DNA of 64,000 bases from an uncultured Actinomycetota bacterium (GTDB lineage: Bacteria > Actinomycetota > Actinomycetes > Streptosporangiales > Streptosporangiaceae). The translations under genes were made by a program, and so were the position numbers. Under the pieces are notes generated by a model. That model made no database searches and was not told the origin of the DNA. It worked only from the letters and a program-made list of their open reading frames with translations. Position 1 is the first letter of the stretch, and each line of letters opens with the position of its first letter. The DNA lies in assembly GCA_963720595.1 (NCBI GenBank), contig CAVRFY010000005.1:1615733-1679732 (forward strand). The letters run 5' to 3'. This document shows positions 10,858 to 22,561 of the stretch, one piece after another.

Positions 10858-11814
10858 ATGTTTGAAATCCGCATGGCGGGCACGAATGGCACGTGTGGGA
10901 GAACTGGGTTGCCGGAGGTGACCGGGAATGATTCGACCAGCGACGAGCGGCCAGGCGAGCCCGATCCGCGACGTCTCGATCGCGATGCGAGCCGCGATCT
11001 GCCGAGCCGCGAGCTGCCGAGCCGCGAGCTGCCGAGCCGCGATCTGCCGGCCGGGGATCTAGAGCAATGCGACGACGCCGAGTTGCTTGACATGGTCCGC
11101 TCCCTGCCGCGCGAGAGCCCGCTGCGGGAAACGGCGTGCGAGGTGCTCGTCAACAGGTACCGCCCGCTGGTGCGATCCTGCGTCCGCCGGTTCCAGAACA
11201 GCCCCGAGCCCTACGAGGATCTCCTTCAGGTCGGCTACGTCGGTCTGATCAAGGCGATCAACAACTACGACCCCGACGCCGGTACGGGGCTGGCCGGCTA
11301 CGCGCTGCCCTGTGTCAGCGGCGAGATCAAGCGGTACTTCCGCGACAAGCGCTGGCAGGTCCATGTCAAGCGGTCACTGCAGGAACTGCGGCTCGCGGCG
11401 CGCGCCTGCACTGCGGAGCTCACCCAGGACCTGGGCCACGCGCCGTCTGACGCCGAGCTGGCCGAGCGGATGAACATCACCGAGGCGGAGCTTCGCGAGG
11501 TCAAGCGCGCCGAGCTGGCGTTCCAGTCGTCATCGCTCGACGCGCCGATGGCGGACGAGGATGGCCGGGCCAGCCTTGCCGACCTGATCGGGACCGAGGA
11601 TCCGCAGCTCGAGCAGGTGCTCGACATGGAGGCGGTCTGGAAGCACTGGGGCGGCCTGCCTGAGCGCGAACAACAACTACTGCTGTTGCGCTTCTACGGC
11701 AACATGACCCAAGCCGAGATCGGCAAGCAACTCGGCATCTCGCAAATGCACGTCTCCCGGCTGCTTGCCGAGGCCCTTGGGTACCTGCGCGAGCGCCTGC
11801 TAGAGCCGGCCTAG
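10858..11814 (+). CDS. SigB/SigF-type (group 3) RNA polymerase sigma factor with repeat-bearing N-terminal extension
   Basis: Region 2 LLQVGYVGLIKAINNYDP and SGEIKRYFRDKRWQVHV; region 4 EIGKQLGISQMHVSRLL. The N-terminus carries SRDLP/SRELP pentapeptide repeats. Confidence 0.85.
   Translation: MFEIRMAGTNGTCGRTGLPEVTGNDSTSDERPGEPDPRRLDRDASRDLPSRELPSRELPSRDLPAGDLEQCDDAELLDMVRSLPRESPLRETACEVLVNRYRPLVRSCVRRFQNSPEPYEDLLQVGYVGLIKAINNYDPDAGTGLAGYALPCVSGEIKRYFRDKRWQVHVKRSLQELRLAARACTAELTQDLGHAPSDAELAERMNITEAELREVKRAELAFQSSSLDAPMADEDGRASLADLIGTEDPQLEQVLDMEAVWKHWGGLPEREQQLLLLRFYGNMTQAEIGKQLGISQMHVSRLLAEALGYLRERLLEPA
10990..11055 (+). repeat. 15-bp tandem repeat x4 (agccgc-ga[tg]ctgccg) inside the sigma factor gene
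   Basis: Read directly at 10990-11055. In frame, encoding SRDLPSRELPSRELPSRDLP. Confidence 0.9.
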
Positions 11815-11858
11815 CCAGCGCGCCTTCTCCCAGCCCGGCAACTCGAAGGGACCGAACC

Positions 11859-12179
11859 ATGAAGTCAGCGACAGCACTGACGACGTTGGCGGTCGGCGCG
11901 ATCTTCGCGTTCGCCGTCACCGCGCATCCGTCATTCCTCAATCTCCAGATACTCGGCTGGGTGCTCATGCTCACCGGAATCACCGGGCTGATCATTCCCC
12001 GGCGCGGCCGGGGCTGGCTTCGCCGCAGCGTGCTCGTGAAGGGCTCGCCGGACTTCACCGAGACCGCGACGGCCGATGTGCGTCAGCCGATCATCGCACT
12101 CGGCAGCGGCGAATCCGCGCCGACGGTCGCCGAGGGCCAGGTGGAACGCGAGTCGATCGTGGAGTACATGGAGAAGTAG
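11859..12179 (+). CDS. Small two-helix membrane protein (DUF6458-like)
   Basis: LAVGAIFAFAV and ILGWVLMLTGITGLIIPRRGRGW resemble DUF6458 architecture. Assignment is tentative. Confidence 0.5.
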   Translation: MKSATALTTLAVGAIFAFAVTAHPSFLNLQILGWVLMLTGITGLIIPRRGRGWLRRSVLVKGSPDFTETATADVRQPIIALGSGESAPTVAEGQVERESIVEYMEK

Positions 12180-12224
12180 CCGCGGATCGCAAGCACGACT
12201 CCAGCGGCCGCCATCCAGCCCGGG

Positions 12225-14147
12225 TCACCGCTTGCGCGGCATGCGTTCGGGATTGTCACCGACCCGCAACACCAGCATCGTGATGTCGTCGATGAGATTG
12301 CCGGCCGTGAATTCCAGCAGCGTTCGGCGCAGTGCCGCCGCGAGCTCTTCCGGACCGAGCCCCGACAGGCCGGCGAGTTCGTCGGCAAGGTGCGCCTGGA
12401 AGTAGGTCCGGTCGAGCCCGCGTGCCTGGGTGAGCCCGTCGGTATAGAGGAACAGGACATCACCCTTGTGCAGCGTGAGCTCATGGGTCCCGGGTTCGGC
12501 GTCGGGGAGCAGCCCGAGCGGAAGCCCTCCACCGCCGGGCATCTGAACCCGTCCGTCCGAGCGGATCACCGCGGCACTCGGATGCCCCGCGCTGCCAAGA
12601 ACCACGGTCAGCGCTTGTTTTCGCCAGCTCAGGTGCGCGATGCTCGCGGTGACGAAGCCCCCGCTGAGTTCCTCCGCGAGCAGGATCTCGTTCGCGCCAG
12701 CTAGGACCGCGGCCGGGTCGGCCGAACCATGTGCGATAACCCGGATCGCGTGCCGCGCGGCGGCGGTCACCGCCGCGGCCTGTTCGCCCTTCCCGCACAC
12801 GTCACCGACCGACAGTCCCCAGCCCCCGGGCGTCCGGTAAGCGTCGTAAAAGTCAGCGCCGATCTCAATGCCCTCGGTCGCGGCCAGGTATGCGGCCGCG
12901 AGTTTCACGCCAGGGATCTCCGGCAGGTGCCGCGGCAGCAGGCTTGCCTGGAGCGCATCGGCGATCTCGGTCCGGCGGCGGAACATGTGATCGACGCGGA
13001 TAGCCAGTGCGAGCTGCTCGCCGAGTTCCTCGAGCAGGCCGAGATCGGCGATCTCAAAATGGTTCTCGCCGGTGCGCCTGGCCAGCGTCAGCACACCGTA
13101 GCGGTTCTCGCCGTCGGTGATCGGGACCGACATGACCGAGGTCGAGTCGAGCAGCATGAGCAGCGGCATCTCGGCTGGCCCCGGCCCGAGGATGCCAATG
13201 TCCTCGGCATGTGCGATAAGCACCGCCTGCCCCGACTCATGGACCTGCTGGGGCAGCGAGCCCGGCGTCGGATTCACCGACGCCGCGGAATCGCTGATCG
13301 CGGCCAGGCCGGGCCCTTCAGGTCCGATGACGAAGTGCCGCCTCAATAGCCCACGGCGGTCAAGGTCCACGATTACCCAGGCAGCCAGCTCGTCGGCCAG
13401 CAACCGAGCGCTGCGCTGCAGCGTCATCGACTCGCTGAAGTTCTCGTTCTCCAGCAGGATCCTGGTGATCGCGGTGACCAAGTCCATCCGCTGCGTGATG
13501 GCCTCCACGGCTCCGGCGCTGGCCACGCTCGCGGCGCCGTTCGTCTCCCCCGCCCCGGCCAAGCTGCCAGCGTTCCCAGCCTCGCCGGCGCCGTCGGTGA
13601 TCGCCACGATCAGCCGGTCAGCCTCGCCGCTCACCTCAACCAGGCCGATGGTCAGCTCACGGACCGCGGTCACGGCCGGGCCGAGCAGACCGCACCGCGC
13701 GCGGCCGGCCTTGCCGCTCCTGGCCACCGCGTTGAGCTGCGTCTGCACGGTCGCCCGCCCGGGCAGCGCCACGAACGCGGTGAACGGCCGGCCGGTCGCG
13801 TATCCGGGCTTGGACCCGAGCAGCTGGCTGCCCGACTTGTTGACCCGGAGCACGGTGCCGTCCCTGGCGAGCAGGAACAGCGGGACGGGCGCGTCGGTGA
13901 AAGCGGCCCGCAGCAGGCGGCGCTCGGCGCCGTCCGGGTCCTGCGCGCGTCCCTCGGCCGGCTGGCCGGCCGATCCGCTCGGCGCCGCGAGCAGCCCGAT
14001 GGCGCCGTCAAGCTCGGTGAATGCCGCGTCGAGCAGCGCGGCAAGGTCGGCCGCAGGAAGGCTCGCCGCCTGGCGCAACGCGGTGTGCCGATTCGCAAGC
14101 TCGGCGACCTGACTCATCGCGTCGTCGGGTTCGGGCGCTACCTGCAC
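12225..14147 (-). CDS. PAS/GAF-containing PP2C (SpoIIE-type) serine phosphatase
   Basis: C-terminal PP2C block IGADFYDAY, GDVCGKGEQAAAVTA, GHPSAAVIR, LFLYTDGLTQAR. PAS-like and GAF-like N-terminal regions. GTG at 14147 or ATG at 14117. Confidence 0.85.
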   Translation of the reverse strand: MQVAPEPDDAMSQVAELANRHTALRQAASLPAADLAALLDAAFTELDGAIGLLAAPSGSAGQPAEGRAQDPDGAERRLLRAAFTDAPVPLFLLARDGTVLRVNKSGSQLLGSKPGYATGRPFTAFVALPGRATVQTQLNAVARSGKAGRARCGLLGPAVTAVRELTIGLVEVSGEADRLIVAITDGAGEAGNAGSLAGAGETNGAASVASAGAVEAITQRMDLVTAITRILLENENFSESMTLQRSARLLADELAAWVIVDLDRRGLLRRHFVIGPEGPGLAAISDSAASVNPTPGSLPQQVHESGQAVLIAHAEDIGILGPGPAEMPLLMLLDSTSVMSVPITDGENRYGVLTLARRTGENHFEIADLGLLEELGEQLALAIRVDHMFRRRTEIADALQASLLPRHLPEIPGVKLAAAYLAATEGIEIGADFYDAYRTPGGWGLSVGDVCGKGEQAAAVTAAARHAIRVIAHGSADPAAVLAGANEILLAEELSGGFVTASIAHLSWRKQALTVVLGSAGHPSAAVIRSDGRVQMPGGGGLPLGLLPDAEPGTHELTLHKGDVLFLYTDGLTQARGLDRTYFQAHLADELAGLSGLGPEELAAALRRTLLEFTAGNLIDDITMLVLRVGDNPERMPRKR

Positions 14148-14257
14148 GTGGTGTCCTGTCTCATCGCAGATCTACAACTCTCATCGCGGAACTATCGCCA
14201 ACTAGATCAGCCGCCGATCGCGACCGTCTAGTGACAGCAGCTTCCGATCATGTCTGA

Positions 14258-14839
14258 TTACGCCGCCGGCCTGCGCCTGGCCCGCCTGGCGCGGCGGAGC
14301 CGCCCGATCGCGGACGCCGCCAGGTCAGCGACGTGAGCCAGAACGCTCAGCTCGAGGAACGTCACGTTCGGCCGCGAGCGGCTGCGGACGATTGTGATCG
14401 CGCCAATCGCGCTTTCGTCGACTGTCAGCGGGCTCACCGCGTACGACCCGGCCCCGAGCGCGTCGGCGACGCGCCGACCACCGGGAAGGATACCGAGCTC
14501 GGCCGGGTCGGCCATGGCCGCCTGCACCAGCGGGGTGCGCTGGGACATCGCGGAGACGATCATGGGGCAGCTGCGCGCGGGCAGTTCGGCCAGCGCCGTG
14601 GCCAGCTCGGGCTGGTGCCGCCGGCTGGCCACGGTGCGAGATGCCGGGCCGCGTGCCGCGAAATCCACGATGACCCAGTCGGCGAGACGCCCGGCGAGGG
14701 CCTCAGCCGTGTCCGCCAGCAGATCCCGCTCGGCGGTCGCGGCCGCGGCCGCGGCCCCGGCCGCAGCGACGGCATCCAGTGCCGCCGTCCACGCGCGGAC
14801 CCGTTCCGCGGCCAAGACGTCTGCTGCCGGAAGTTTCAT
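14258..14839 (-). CDS. GAF-domain-like protein
   Basis: 193-aa ORF. The LADWVIVDF, SYAVSPLTVDESAIGAITIV pattern is GAF-like. Likely co-transcribed with the PP2C gene downstream. Confidence 0.5.
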   Translation of the reverse strand: MKLPAADVLAAERVRAWTAALDAVAAAGAAAAAATAERDLLADTAEALAGRLADWVIVDFAARGPASRTVASRRHQPELATALAELPARSCPMIVSAMSQRTPLVQAAMADPAELGILPGGRRVADALGAGSYAVSPLTVDESAIGAITIVRSRSRPNVTFLELSVLAHVADLAASAIGRLRRARRARRRPAA

Positions 14840-14970
14840 CGTCCTTCTGCCTGGTCTCCGGTCGCTGCCCCGGTCGCTGCCCCGTCTCGCAGGACTGTCG
14901 GCTGCCGCGCGACCGGCGGGAATGTCGCAACTCGCGGGCAGCTACCCCGCTGCCGCCGGCCAAACCACCC

Positions 14971-15693
14971 TCAGCGGCGCTCGAGTTCGTGCGACTCGAT
15001 GATTCTCCTGGCAACCTCGGTGACCTTGATGTGGCTGCTTTGCGAGATCTGGCGCATCCGGGCGAGTGCCTCGTCCGCGGTACAGCTAAGGCCGACCATC
15101 AAGATGCCCTTGGCCTGGTCGACCACAGACCGGGAATCGGCACCCTCGCTGAGCTGGCGGACGGTCCGCTGGGCAGCGTCGAAGGTCGAGGTGTTCCGCA
15201 TGACCGCGCCGCCGAACGCGATCAGCAGATCGCCGATCGGCGTCCGCTCCGGGTCGAGCACCCGCGGACGCGTGGCGTACATGGTCAGCGTCAGCGCGAA
15301 CGGGTCGCTGAGATGGACGAGAGTGAGCGAGGACCGCACCCCGGTGGCCAGCGCCTGGCTCGTGTACTCCGGCCAGCGCGTCTCGCCAAGCGTGTCCTGG
15401 CAGCTCACTTGCGTGCCGCTGGCCAGCGCGTCGATGATCGGCCCGCGCAGGCACGCCTGCTGAATCTCGGCGAGCTCGGACAGGTCGGGATGGCTGGCGG
15501 CGGTGATGGTCGGTTCGCCGCCGTGCCAGAGCCCGCCGGTAGCTCCCGAGCATCCAGGCACATGCCGGGCGGCCAGCTCGACCAGCCGGTGCATGGCCCG
15601 TGACTCCGAGGCGCTCGCCAGCGTCAGCAGCTCTCCTGCGGCCTGCGCGAGCTCTGCGCTCAGGTCACCTGACTGCCCTTCTGACACCGCCAC
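14971..15693 (-). CDS. GAF + ANTAR domain RNA-binding regulator
   Basis: ORF 14971..16071. C-terminal ANTAR block IDQAKGILMVGLSCTADEALARMRQISQSSHIKVTEVARRII. Start proposed at GTG 15693 (ATG 15594 is an alternative); the upstream ORF part looks non-coding. Confidence 0.75.
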   Translation of the reverse strand: MAVSEGQSGDLSAELAQAAGELLTLASASESRAMHRLVELAARHVPGCSGATGGLWHGGEPTITAASHPDLSELAEIQQACLRGPIIDALASGTQVSCQDTLGETRWPEYTSQALATGVRSSLTLVHLSDPFALTLTMYATRPRVLDPERTPIGDLLIAFGGAVMRNTSTFDAAQRTVRQLSEGADSRSVVDQAKGILMVGLSCTADEALARMRQISQSSHIKVTEVARRIIESHELERR

Positions 15694-15913
15694 CTCGCGC
15701 AAGCGAACCGCTACCGATAACAACCAGGATCTACCAGTTGGCCGGCCACTGCCGCAACCCGGCGGCGCACCAGCCGCCGACGCGCTCCGGCTGCGCCGAC
15801 AGGACGTCCGCTCACCATGCAGCCGATTGCCGCCGAACCAGGCACTATTCGCCCTTCGCGAGTAAGCTCCGGTCGATGGACCGACCTGGCAGGACCGTCT
15901 GAGGGATTGCGGA

Positions 15914-17097
15914 ATGCTCCAGCTTGCCACAGAAGGCACCGCCACCGATGAGTTGGTGCCAGTACTCCTGATCGAGGATGACGAGGCTGACGCCATCCTC
16001 GTGCGAGAGTACCTGCACGACGCCGGGCTGGGGGTCTCGCTTTCCTGGCAGCAAAGCCTGGCCGCGGCCACGCCCGAGCTGCAGGCAGGGCCGGTCTGCG
16101 TGCTCCTCGACCTCGGGCTGCCCGACTCGGTCGGTTTCGACGGGCTCCGGCACGTACTTACGCTGGCCCCTGATGCCGCCGTCCTGGTTCTGACCGGTGC
16201 GAGCGACGCGTCGCTGGGAGTCGCGGCGATGACGGCGGGAGCGCAGGACTACCTCGTCAAGGGCCAGGTCGACGGCGCGACCCTGAGCCGGTGCATCAGG
16301 TACGCGATCGAGCGAAAGCGCGCGAACGAGTCGGCCCGCCAGTTGCGCGAGGCAGCGATCCGGCAGGCCGAGTACGCGAGGCTGGAGCGCGGGCTGTTGC
16401 CCGTCCCGATCTTGACCGACGCGAGCCTGTATCACTCGCTGCGCTACCGGCCCGGCCGGGATCAGGCACTGCTCGGCGGCGACTTCTACGACCTGGTGGA
16501 GCTGAACGACGGCACGGTGAACGTCCTGATCGGCGACGTCTGCGGCCACGGACCCGACGAGGCGGCGCTCGGCGTGTGCCTGCGGGTGGCCTGGCGGACC
16601 CTGGTGCTATCCGGCCGCGAGCCCAACCAGACCCTCGACTGCCTGCAGGAGGTCCTGATCCGCGAGCGGCACAGACCCGAGGTGTTCGCCACGGTCGCGA
16701 CACTCAGCATCAACGTGAACACCGGCAGCGGGGTAATGCACGTGGCCGGGCATCCGCCGCCTGTCTTGCTCGGCTCGACGCCGACGACGCTCGGAGACGG
16801 TCGTGCCGGGCCGCCGCTCGGCCTGTTCGACGAGGAGTGGCCAGAGGTTCGGGTCGAACTCGGCGCCGAGTGGTCTTTGCTGCTCTACACCGATGGGCTG
16901 ATCGAGGGCCGAGGCGGCGTCGACAAGAGGGTGCTCGGCCCGGAGGGCCTGCTCGACCTGATCGCCGCCTCGGCGCCCGGGCCTTCCGTGCACGGCTTCG
17001 AGGACACGCTCGCGGACTCGCTGCTCAAGACCGTCGAGCGGCTCAACGGCGGCCCGCTGGTGGACGACGTCGCGGTCATCATCGTCGGACGGAAGCC

Positions 17098-17101
<4 letters not shown>
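15914..17101 (+). CDS. Response-regulator receiver fused to PP2C (SpoIIE-type) phosphatase
   Basis: REC: VLLIEDDEADAILV, LLDLGLPD, AQDYLVKG. PP2C: GGDFYDLV, GDVCGHGPDEAALG, GHPPPVLL, LLLYTDGLIEGR. Confidence 0.85.
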
Positions 17102-18689
<1,588 letters not shown>

Positions 18690-18693
<4 letters not shown>

Positions 18694-19136
18694 TCGCCGA
18701 CGATTCGGGGATAATGATCCAGATCTTGCTTGTCGAGGACGATCCAGGCGATGTGCTCATCACCCGCGAGGCGTTCGCCGAAAACAAGGTACGCAACGAA
18801 CTCAGCGTGGTTTCTGACGGCGAATCGGCGATGCGGTTCCTGCGGCGGGAGGGCGAGTTCGCGGCCGCTCCGCGCCCCGACCTGATCTTGCTCGACCTCA
18901 ACCTCCCGCGGAAGGCCGGGCACGAGGTGCTCGAAGAGGTCAAGTCAGACGCCGACCTGCAGCGCATCCCGGTTGTCGTGCTAACGACCTCAGATGCCGA
19001 GGAAGACGTACTCCGCAGCTACGAGCTGCACGCGAACGCGTACGTAACCAAGCCGGTCGACTTCGATCGCTTCCTGACCGTGGTCAGGCAGATCGACGAC
19101 TTCTTCGTCACCGTGGTCAAGCTGCCCGGCCACTGA
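18690..19136 (+). CDS. Single-domain response regulator (REC only)
   Basis: [40 protein letters not shown] 18690 overlaps the HK stop (TTGA) and has AAGGAGG 5 nt upstream. ATG 18714 is the alternative start. Confidence 0.8.
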
Positions 19137-19163
19137 CCTCTCAGGTGCGAATAGCATGCACCC

Positions 19164-20042
19164 GTGACACCACCCGAACCGGGTTCAGTCCGGGCCGAGC
19201 GGGACGAGGCCGAACTGGCGGTGATGCTGCGCCGCTGGAGCGATGACCTGGCAGCCTGGGCCATCCCCGAGCACATCATCGCGGCGGCTCCCGAATCGCC
19301 CTGGGTGCTGCCAGCGCAGGTCTTCGCCAGGCGCGCCGACCAGCTGAGCGCAGCGCCAGGCGGGCCCTCGTTCGCCCGCGCCTGGGCAGCACTCGATCCG
19401 CCCGGCAGTGTCCTGGACGTCGGCTCGGGGGCCGGAGCCGCGTGCCTGCCATTGCTGCCCCGCACCACCGCGTTGACCGCTGTCGATGCCGAAGAGCCGA
19501 TGCTCGGCTTGCTTGCCGAGCGGATCGCGGCGCGCGGCGCGTCGGCTTGCTGCGTCCCCGGCCGGTGGCCGCAGGTCGCCTCCCAGGTAGCGACGGCGGA
19601 CGTGGTGACCTGCCACCACGTGCTGTACAACGTCCCCGATCTGGAACCGTTCGTGGCGGCGCTCACCGGCCACGCCAGGCGGCTGGTGGTGGTCGAGGCC
19701 ACCACGACCCATCCGCTCACGTCGCTGAACCAGATGTGGCTGGACTTCCACGGACTCCGGCAGCAGGCCGGCCCGGCGGCGGACGATCTGCTCGCGATTC
19801 TGCGCGCCATGGGCCTGCGACCCGAGCACGAGCGCTGGCGCCGGCCAGGCGGCCCCGACTACGCCAGCTTCGCGGAACTGGTCGACGTCACCCGCAGGAG
19901 GCTCTGCTTGAGCCGCGACCGCTCCGACGATGTCGCGGCCGCGCTGATCAAGGCGGGCGTCGATCCGGCGCACCCGCAGGATCTCGGCTCGTCGGGCCGG
20001 GAGGTCATGACGATCTGGTGGGGCGGCGGTGCAGCAAATTAA
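19164..20042 (+). CDS. SAM-dependent methyltransferase-like protein
   Basis: Motif I VLDVGSGAGAACLPL, then AVDAEEPML. Confidence 0.6.
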   Translation: MTPPEPGSVRAERDEAELAVMLRRWSDDLAAWAIPEHIIAAAPESPWVLPAQVFARRADQLSAAPGGPSFARAWAALDPPGSVLDVGSGAGAACLPLLPRTTALTAVDAEEPMLGLLAERIAARGASACCVPGRWPQVASQVATADVVTCHHVLYNVPDLEPFVAALTGHARRLVVVEATTTHPLTSLNQMWLDFHGLRQQAGPAADDLLAILRAMGLRPEHERWRRPGGPDYASFAELVDVTRRRLCLSRDRSDDVAAALIKAGVDPAHPQDLGSSGREVMTIWWGGGAAN

Positions 20043-20126
20043 CACGAAGTCGATAGCCAATTTGGCTGCTCGCTCGTCATGTTGTAGAGACGAACAGGAC
20101 AGTGCGACGACGGTGAGGCACCACTC

Positions 20127-21713
20127 ATGACCGACTGGCCAGATGACTGGTTTCGCGGTGCACCGGGTGCAGGCGAAAGCCAGTCAGATCACGGGTCCAT
20201 GCCAGCACAAGGAGTCGCTGGCCAGGCCGGGGGTAGCGCAAAGCCCGCCGCCGGGAGCGCAGATCCGACCGTGCAACTCAGCCGCCGCTCGGCCGGCCAG
20301 GACACCGGCACGCCCGGTGGGCAGGCAGGAGCGGAGGAGGTGACCAGGCCAGGCCAGGCCGCCCCGCGCCGTAGCGGGCAGCCGGGCCCCGCGGCCCGGT
20401 CGGGATCCCCCGGCGGACCGGACGGCTACGGCCAAGGTGGCTACGGCCAAGGTGGCTACGGCCCCGGTGCAGGCGGCCCACTCGGAGGCGGTCTTGGCGG
20501 ACCGGGCAGTCCTGGCGGACCGGGCAGTCCTGGCGGACCGGGCAGTTTTGGCGGACCGGGCAGTCCTGGCGGACCTGGCGGACCGGCCGGCGGGTGGCCC
20601 GCCCAGCCCGCGATCCGCACCCCGAACCGGCCGGGCCGCGGCACGGGACTGCCGGCCAGGCCCGGCGGCCCCGGCGGCCCTGGCGGCGCGGGCAGCGGAT
20701 ACGGCGGCGGGTCGGCCCGTCCGCCGCGGCTGGGCTGGCGGCGCTGGCTTCGACCACGCCCGATCATGGCGATCATCGCCGTGGTCCTGTCCATCGCCGT
20801 CATCGGCAGCCTCGCGACCTACTTCTACATGGACTCGAAGCTGACCAGGAAGAACATCCTGGTGGACTACGCCGGGCGGCCAGCCGTCGGCGCGGGCCAG
20901 AACTGGCTGATCACCGGCTCGGACAGTCGCCAGGGCCTGACCAGGCAGCAGGAACGCCAGCTCGCCACGGGCCACGACATCAGCGGCCGGCGCTCCGACA
21001 CGATCTTGGTGCTGCACATTCCGGCCAACGGCGGCCGGCCGGTGCTGGTCAGCCTGCCCCGGGACTCCTACGTGCCGATCCCCGGCCACGGCTCGGACAA
21101 GATCAACGCGGCGTACGCCTTCGGCGGGCCGAAACTGCTCGCCGAGACCGTGCAGAACGTCACGGGATTGCACATCGACCATTACATGGGGATCGGGTTC
21201 GGCGGGTTCGTCCACGTGGTGGACGCGATCGGCGGGGTCCGGCTGTGTCTCAAGGCACCGCTCGTCGACCCGAAGGCCGGCCTGCACCTGCATAAGGGCT
21301 GTCAGGTCCTGGACGGCGCGGAGGCACTTGGGTTCGTTCGCACCAGGTATACCTTCGCCACGGCGGACCTGCAGCGGATCCAGAATCAGCGGATCTTCCT
21401 GCGCGCGCTGCTCCGCAAGCTCACCAGCGCCGGGGTGCTGGCCAACCCGTTCTCCAGCCTCCCGGCCGCCTCGGGCGTCGCCGGCACGCTGACCGTCGAC
21501 CAGGGCACTCACCTGTACCAGTTGCTGCAGGTAGCGTTCGCGCTGCGCAACCCGATCACGACCACGGTGCCCATCGCCGGGAACCTCGTGACGCCCAGCG
21601 GCGAGGCCGCGCTGCAATGGAACAGCACCGAGGCGCGGCAACTGTTCGGTGACCTGCGTACCGACCGGAAGGTTCCCAAGAGCCTGATCACCGGCTCGAC
21701 CCAGGCAGGTTAA
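20127..21713 (+). CDS. LCP (LytR-CpsA-Psr) family cell-envelope phosphotransferase with long Gly/Pro-rich cytoplasmic N-terminus
   Basis: TM helix [17 protein letters not shown], then the LCP core [48 protein letters not shown]. Confidence 0.85.
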   Translation: MTDWPDDWFRGAPGAGESQSDHGSMPAQGVAGQAGGSAKPAAGSADPTVQLSRRSAGQDTGTPGGQAGAEEVTRPGQAAPRRSGQPGPAARSGSPGGPDGYGQGGYGQGGYGPGAGGPLGGGLGGPGSPGGPGSPGGPGSFGGPGSPGGPGGPAGGWPAQPAIRTPNRPGRGTGLPARPGGPGGPGGAGSGYGGGSARPPRLGWRRWLRPRPIMAIIAVVLSIAVIGSLATYFYMDSKLTRKNILVDYAGRPAVGAGQNWLITGSDSRQGLTRQQERQLATGHDISGRRSDTILVLHIPANGGRPVLVSLPRDSYVPIPGHGSDKINAAYAFGGPKLLAETVQNVTGLHIDHYMGIGFGGFVHVVDAIGGVRLCLKAPLVDPKAGLHLHKGCQVLDGAEALGFVRTRYTFATADLQRIQNQRIFLRALLRKLTSAGVLANPFSSLPAASGVAGTLTVDQGTHLYQLLQVAFALRNPITTTVPIAGNLVTPSGEAALQWNSTEARQLFGDLRTDRKVPKSLITGSTQAG

Positions 21714-21830
21714 CGGGCCTGGCAAGGCACCCGAAACACCGGGAACCTCGATGTGCCTCTCAGCCCGCATTCAGGCAACGTTCAGCCAGGGGGCGGAGAA
21801 TAGCGGGATGAGCACTGCGGCTGGCACGAG

Positions 21831-22550
21831 ATGAGCACCGACGCTGGCGAGCGCGCGCAACCCACGGCGAAGCTGCTGGTCGTCGAGGACGAGCCGAACA
21901 TCCTCGAGCTGCTAGCGGCCAGCCTGCGTTATGCGGGCTTCGAGGTGGTCACGGCCGCCGCAGGCTCCGACGCCGTGCAGGCGGCCCAGCGGCACCGGCC
22001 CGATCTGATCGTGCTCGACGTGATGCTGCCGGACATGGACGGCTTCGACGTGCTGCACCGGCTGCGCGGCGGCGGCACCAGGATCCCGGTGGTGTTCCTG
22101 ACCGCGCGCGACTCGACCGAGGACAAGATCCGCGGCCTGACTCTCGGCGGTGACGACTACGTCACTAAGCCGTTCAGCCTGGAGGAGGTCATCGCGCGGA
22201 TCCACGCGGTGCTCAGGCGCACCCGCGGCGGCGCGTCCGAGCCCTCGCCGAGGCTCGCCTTCGCCGACCTCGAGCTTGATGAGGACAGTCACGAGGTGTG
22301 GCGGGGCGGCGCGCAGGTCCAGCTCTCCCCGACCGAATTCAAGCTGCTCAGGTACTTCATGCGGAACGCGGGCCGGGTCCTGTCCAAGATGCAGATACTC
22401 GACCATGTCTGGGACTACGACTTCCGCGGCGACACCGGCATCGTCGAGTCCTACGTCTCCGTGCTGCGCCGCAAGGTCGACGCCACCGAGCCGCACCTGC
22501 TGCATACCCTGCGCGGGGTCGGCTACGTCATGCGGCTCCCGTCCACCTAG
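21831..22550 (+). CDS. OmpR-family response regulator
   Basis: LLVVEDEPNI, LDVMLPDMDG, GGDDYVTKPF, and winged helix LSPTEFKLLRYF ending TLRGVGYVM. Confidence 0.9.
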   Translation: MSTDAGERAQPTAKLLVVEDEPNILELLAASLRYAGFEVVTAAAGSDAVQAAQRHRPDLIVLDVMLPDMDGFDVLHRLRGGGTRIPVVFLTARDSTEDKIRGLTLGGDDYVTKPFSLEEVIARIHAVLRRTRGGASEPSPRLAFADLELDEDSHEVWRGGAQVQLSPTEFKLLRYFMRNAGRVLSKMQILDHVWDYDFRGDTGIVESYVSVLRRKVDATEPHLLHTLRGVGYVMRLPST

Positions 22551-22561
22551 CCGGCCTTCGC

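Noticed and set aside
16291-17097. Upstream 269 codons of ORF 16291..18693
   Set aside because: This is an alternative frame of the REC-PP2C gene with Arg/Pro-rich content. The kinase starts at the GTG at 17098.
20184-21770. 528-aa ORF antisense to the LCP gene
   Set aside because: Arg/Pro/Gly-rich with no motifs. It is a typical high-GC shadow ORF, and the sense strand carries a clear LCP domain.
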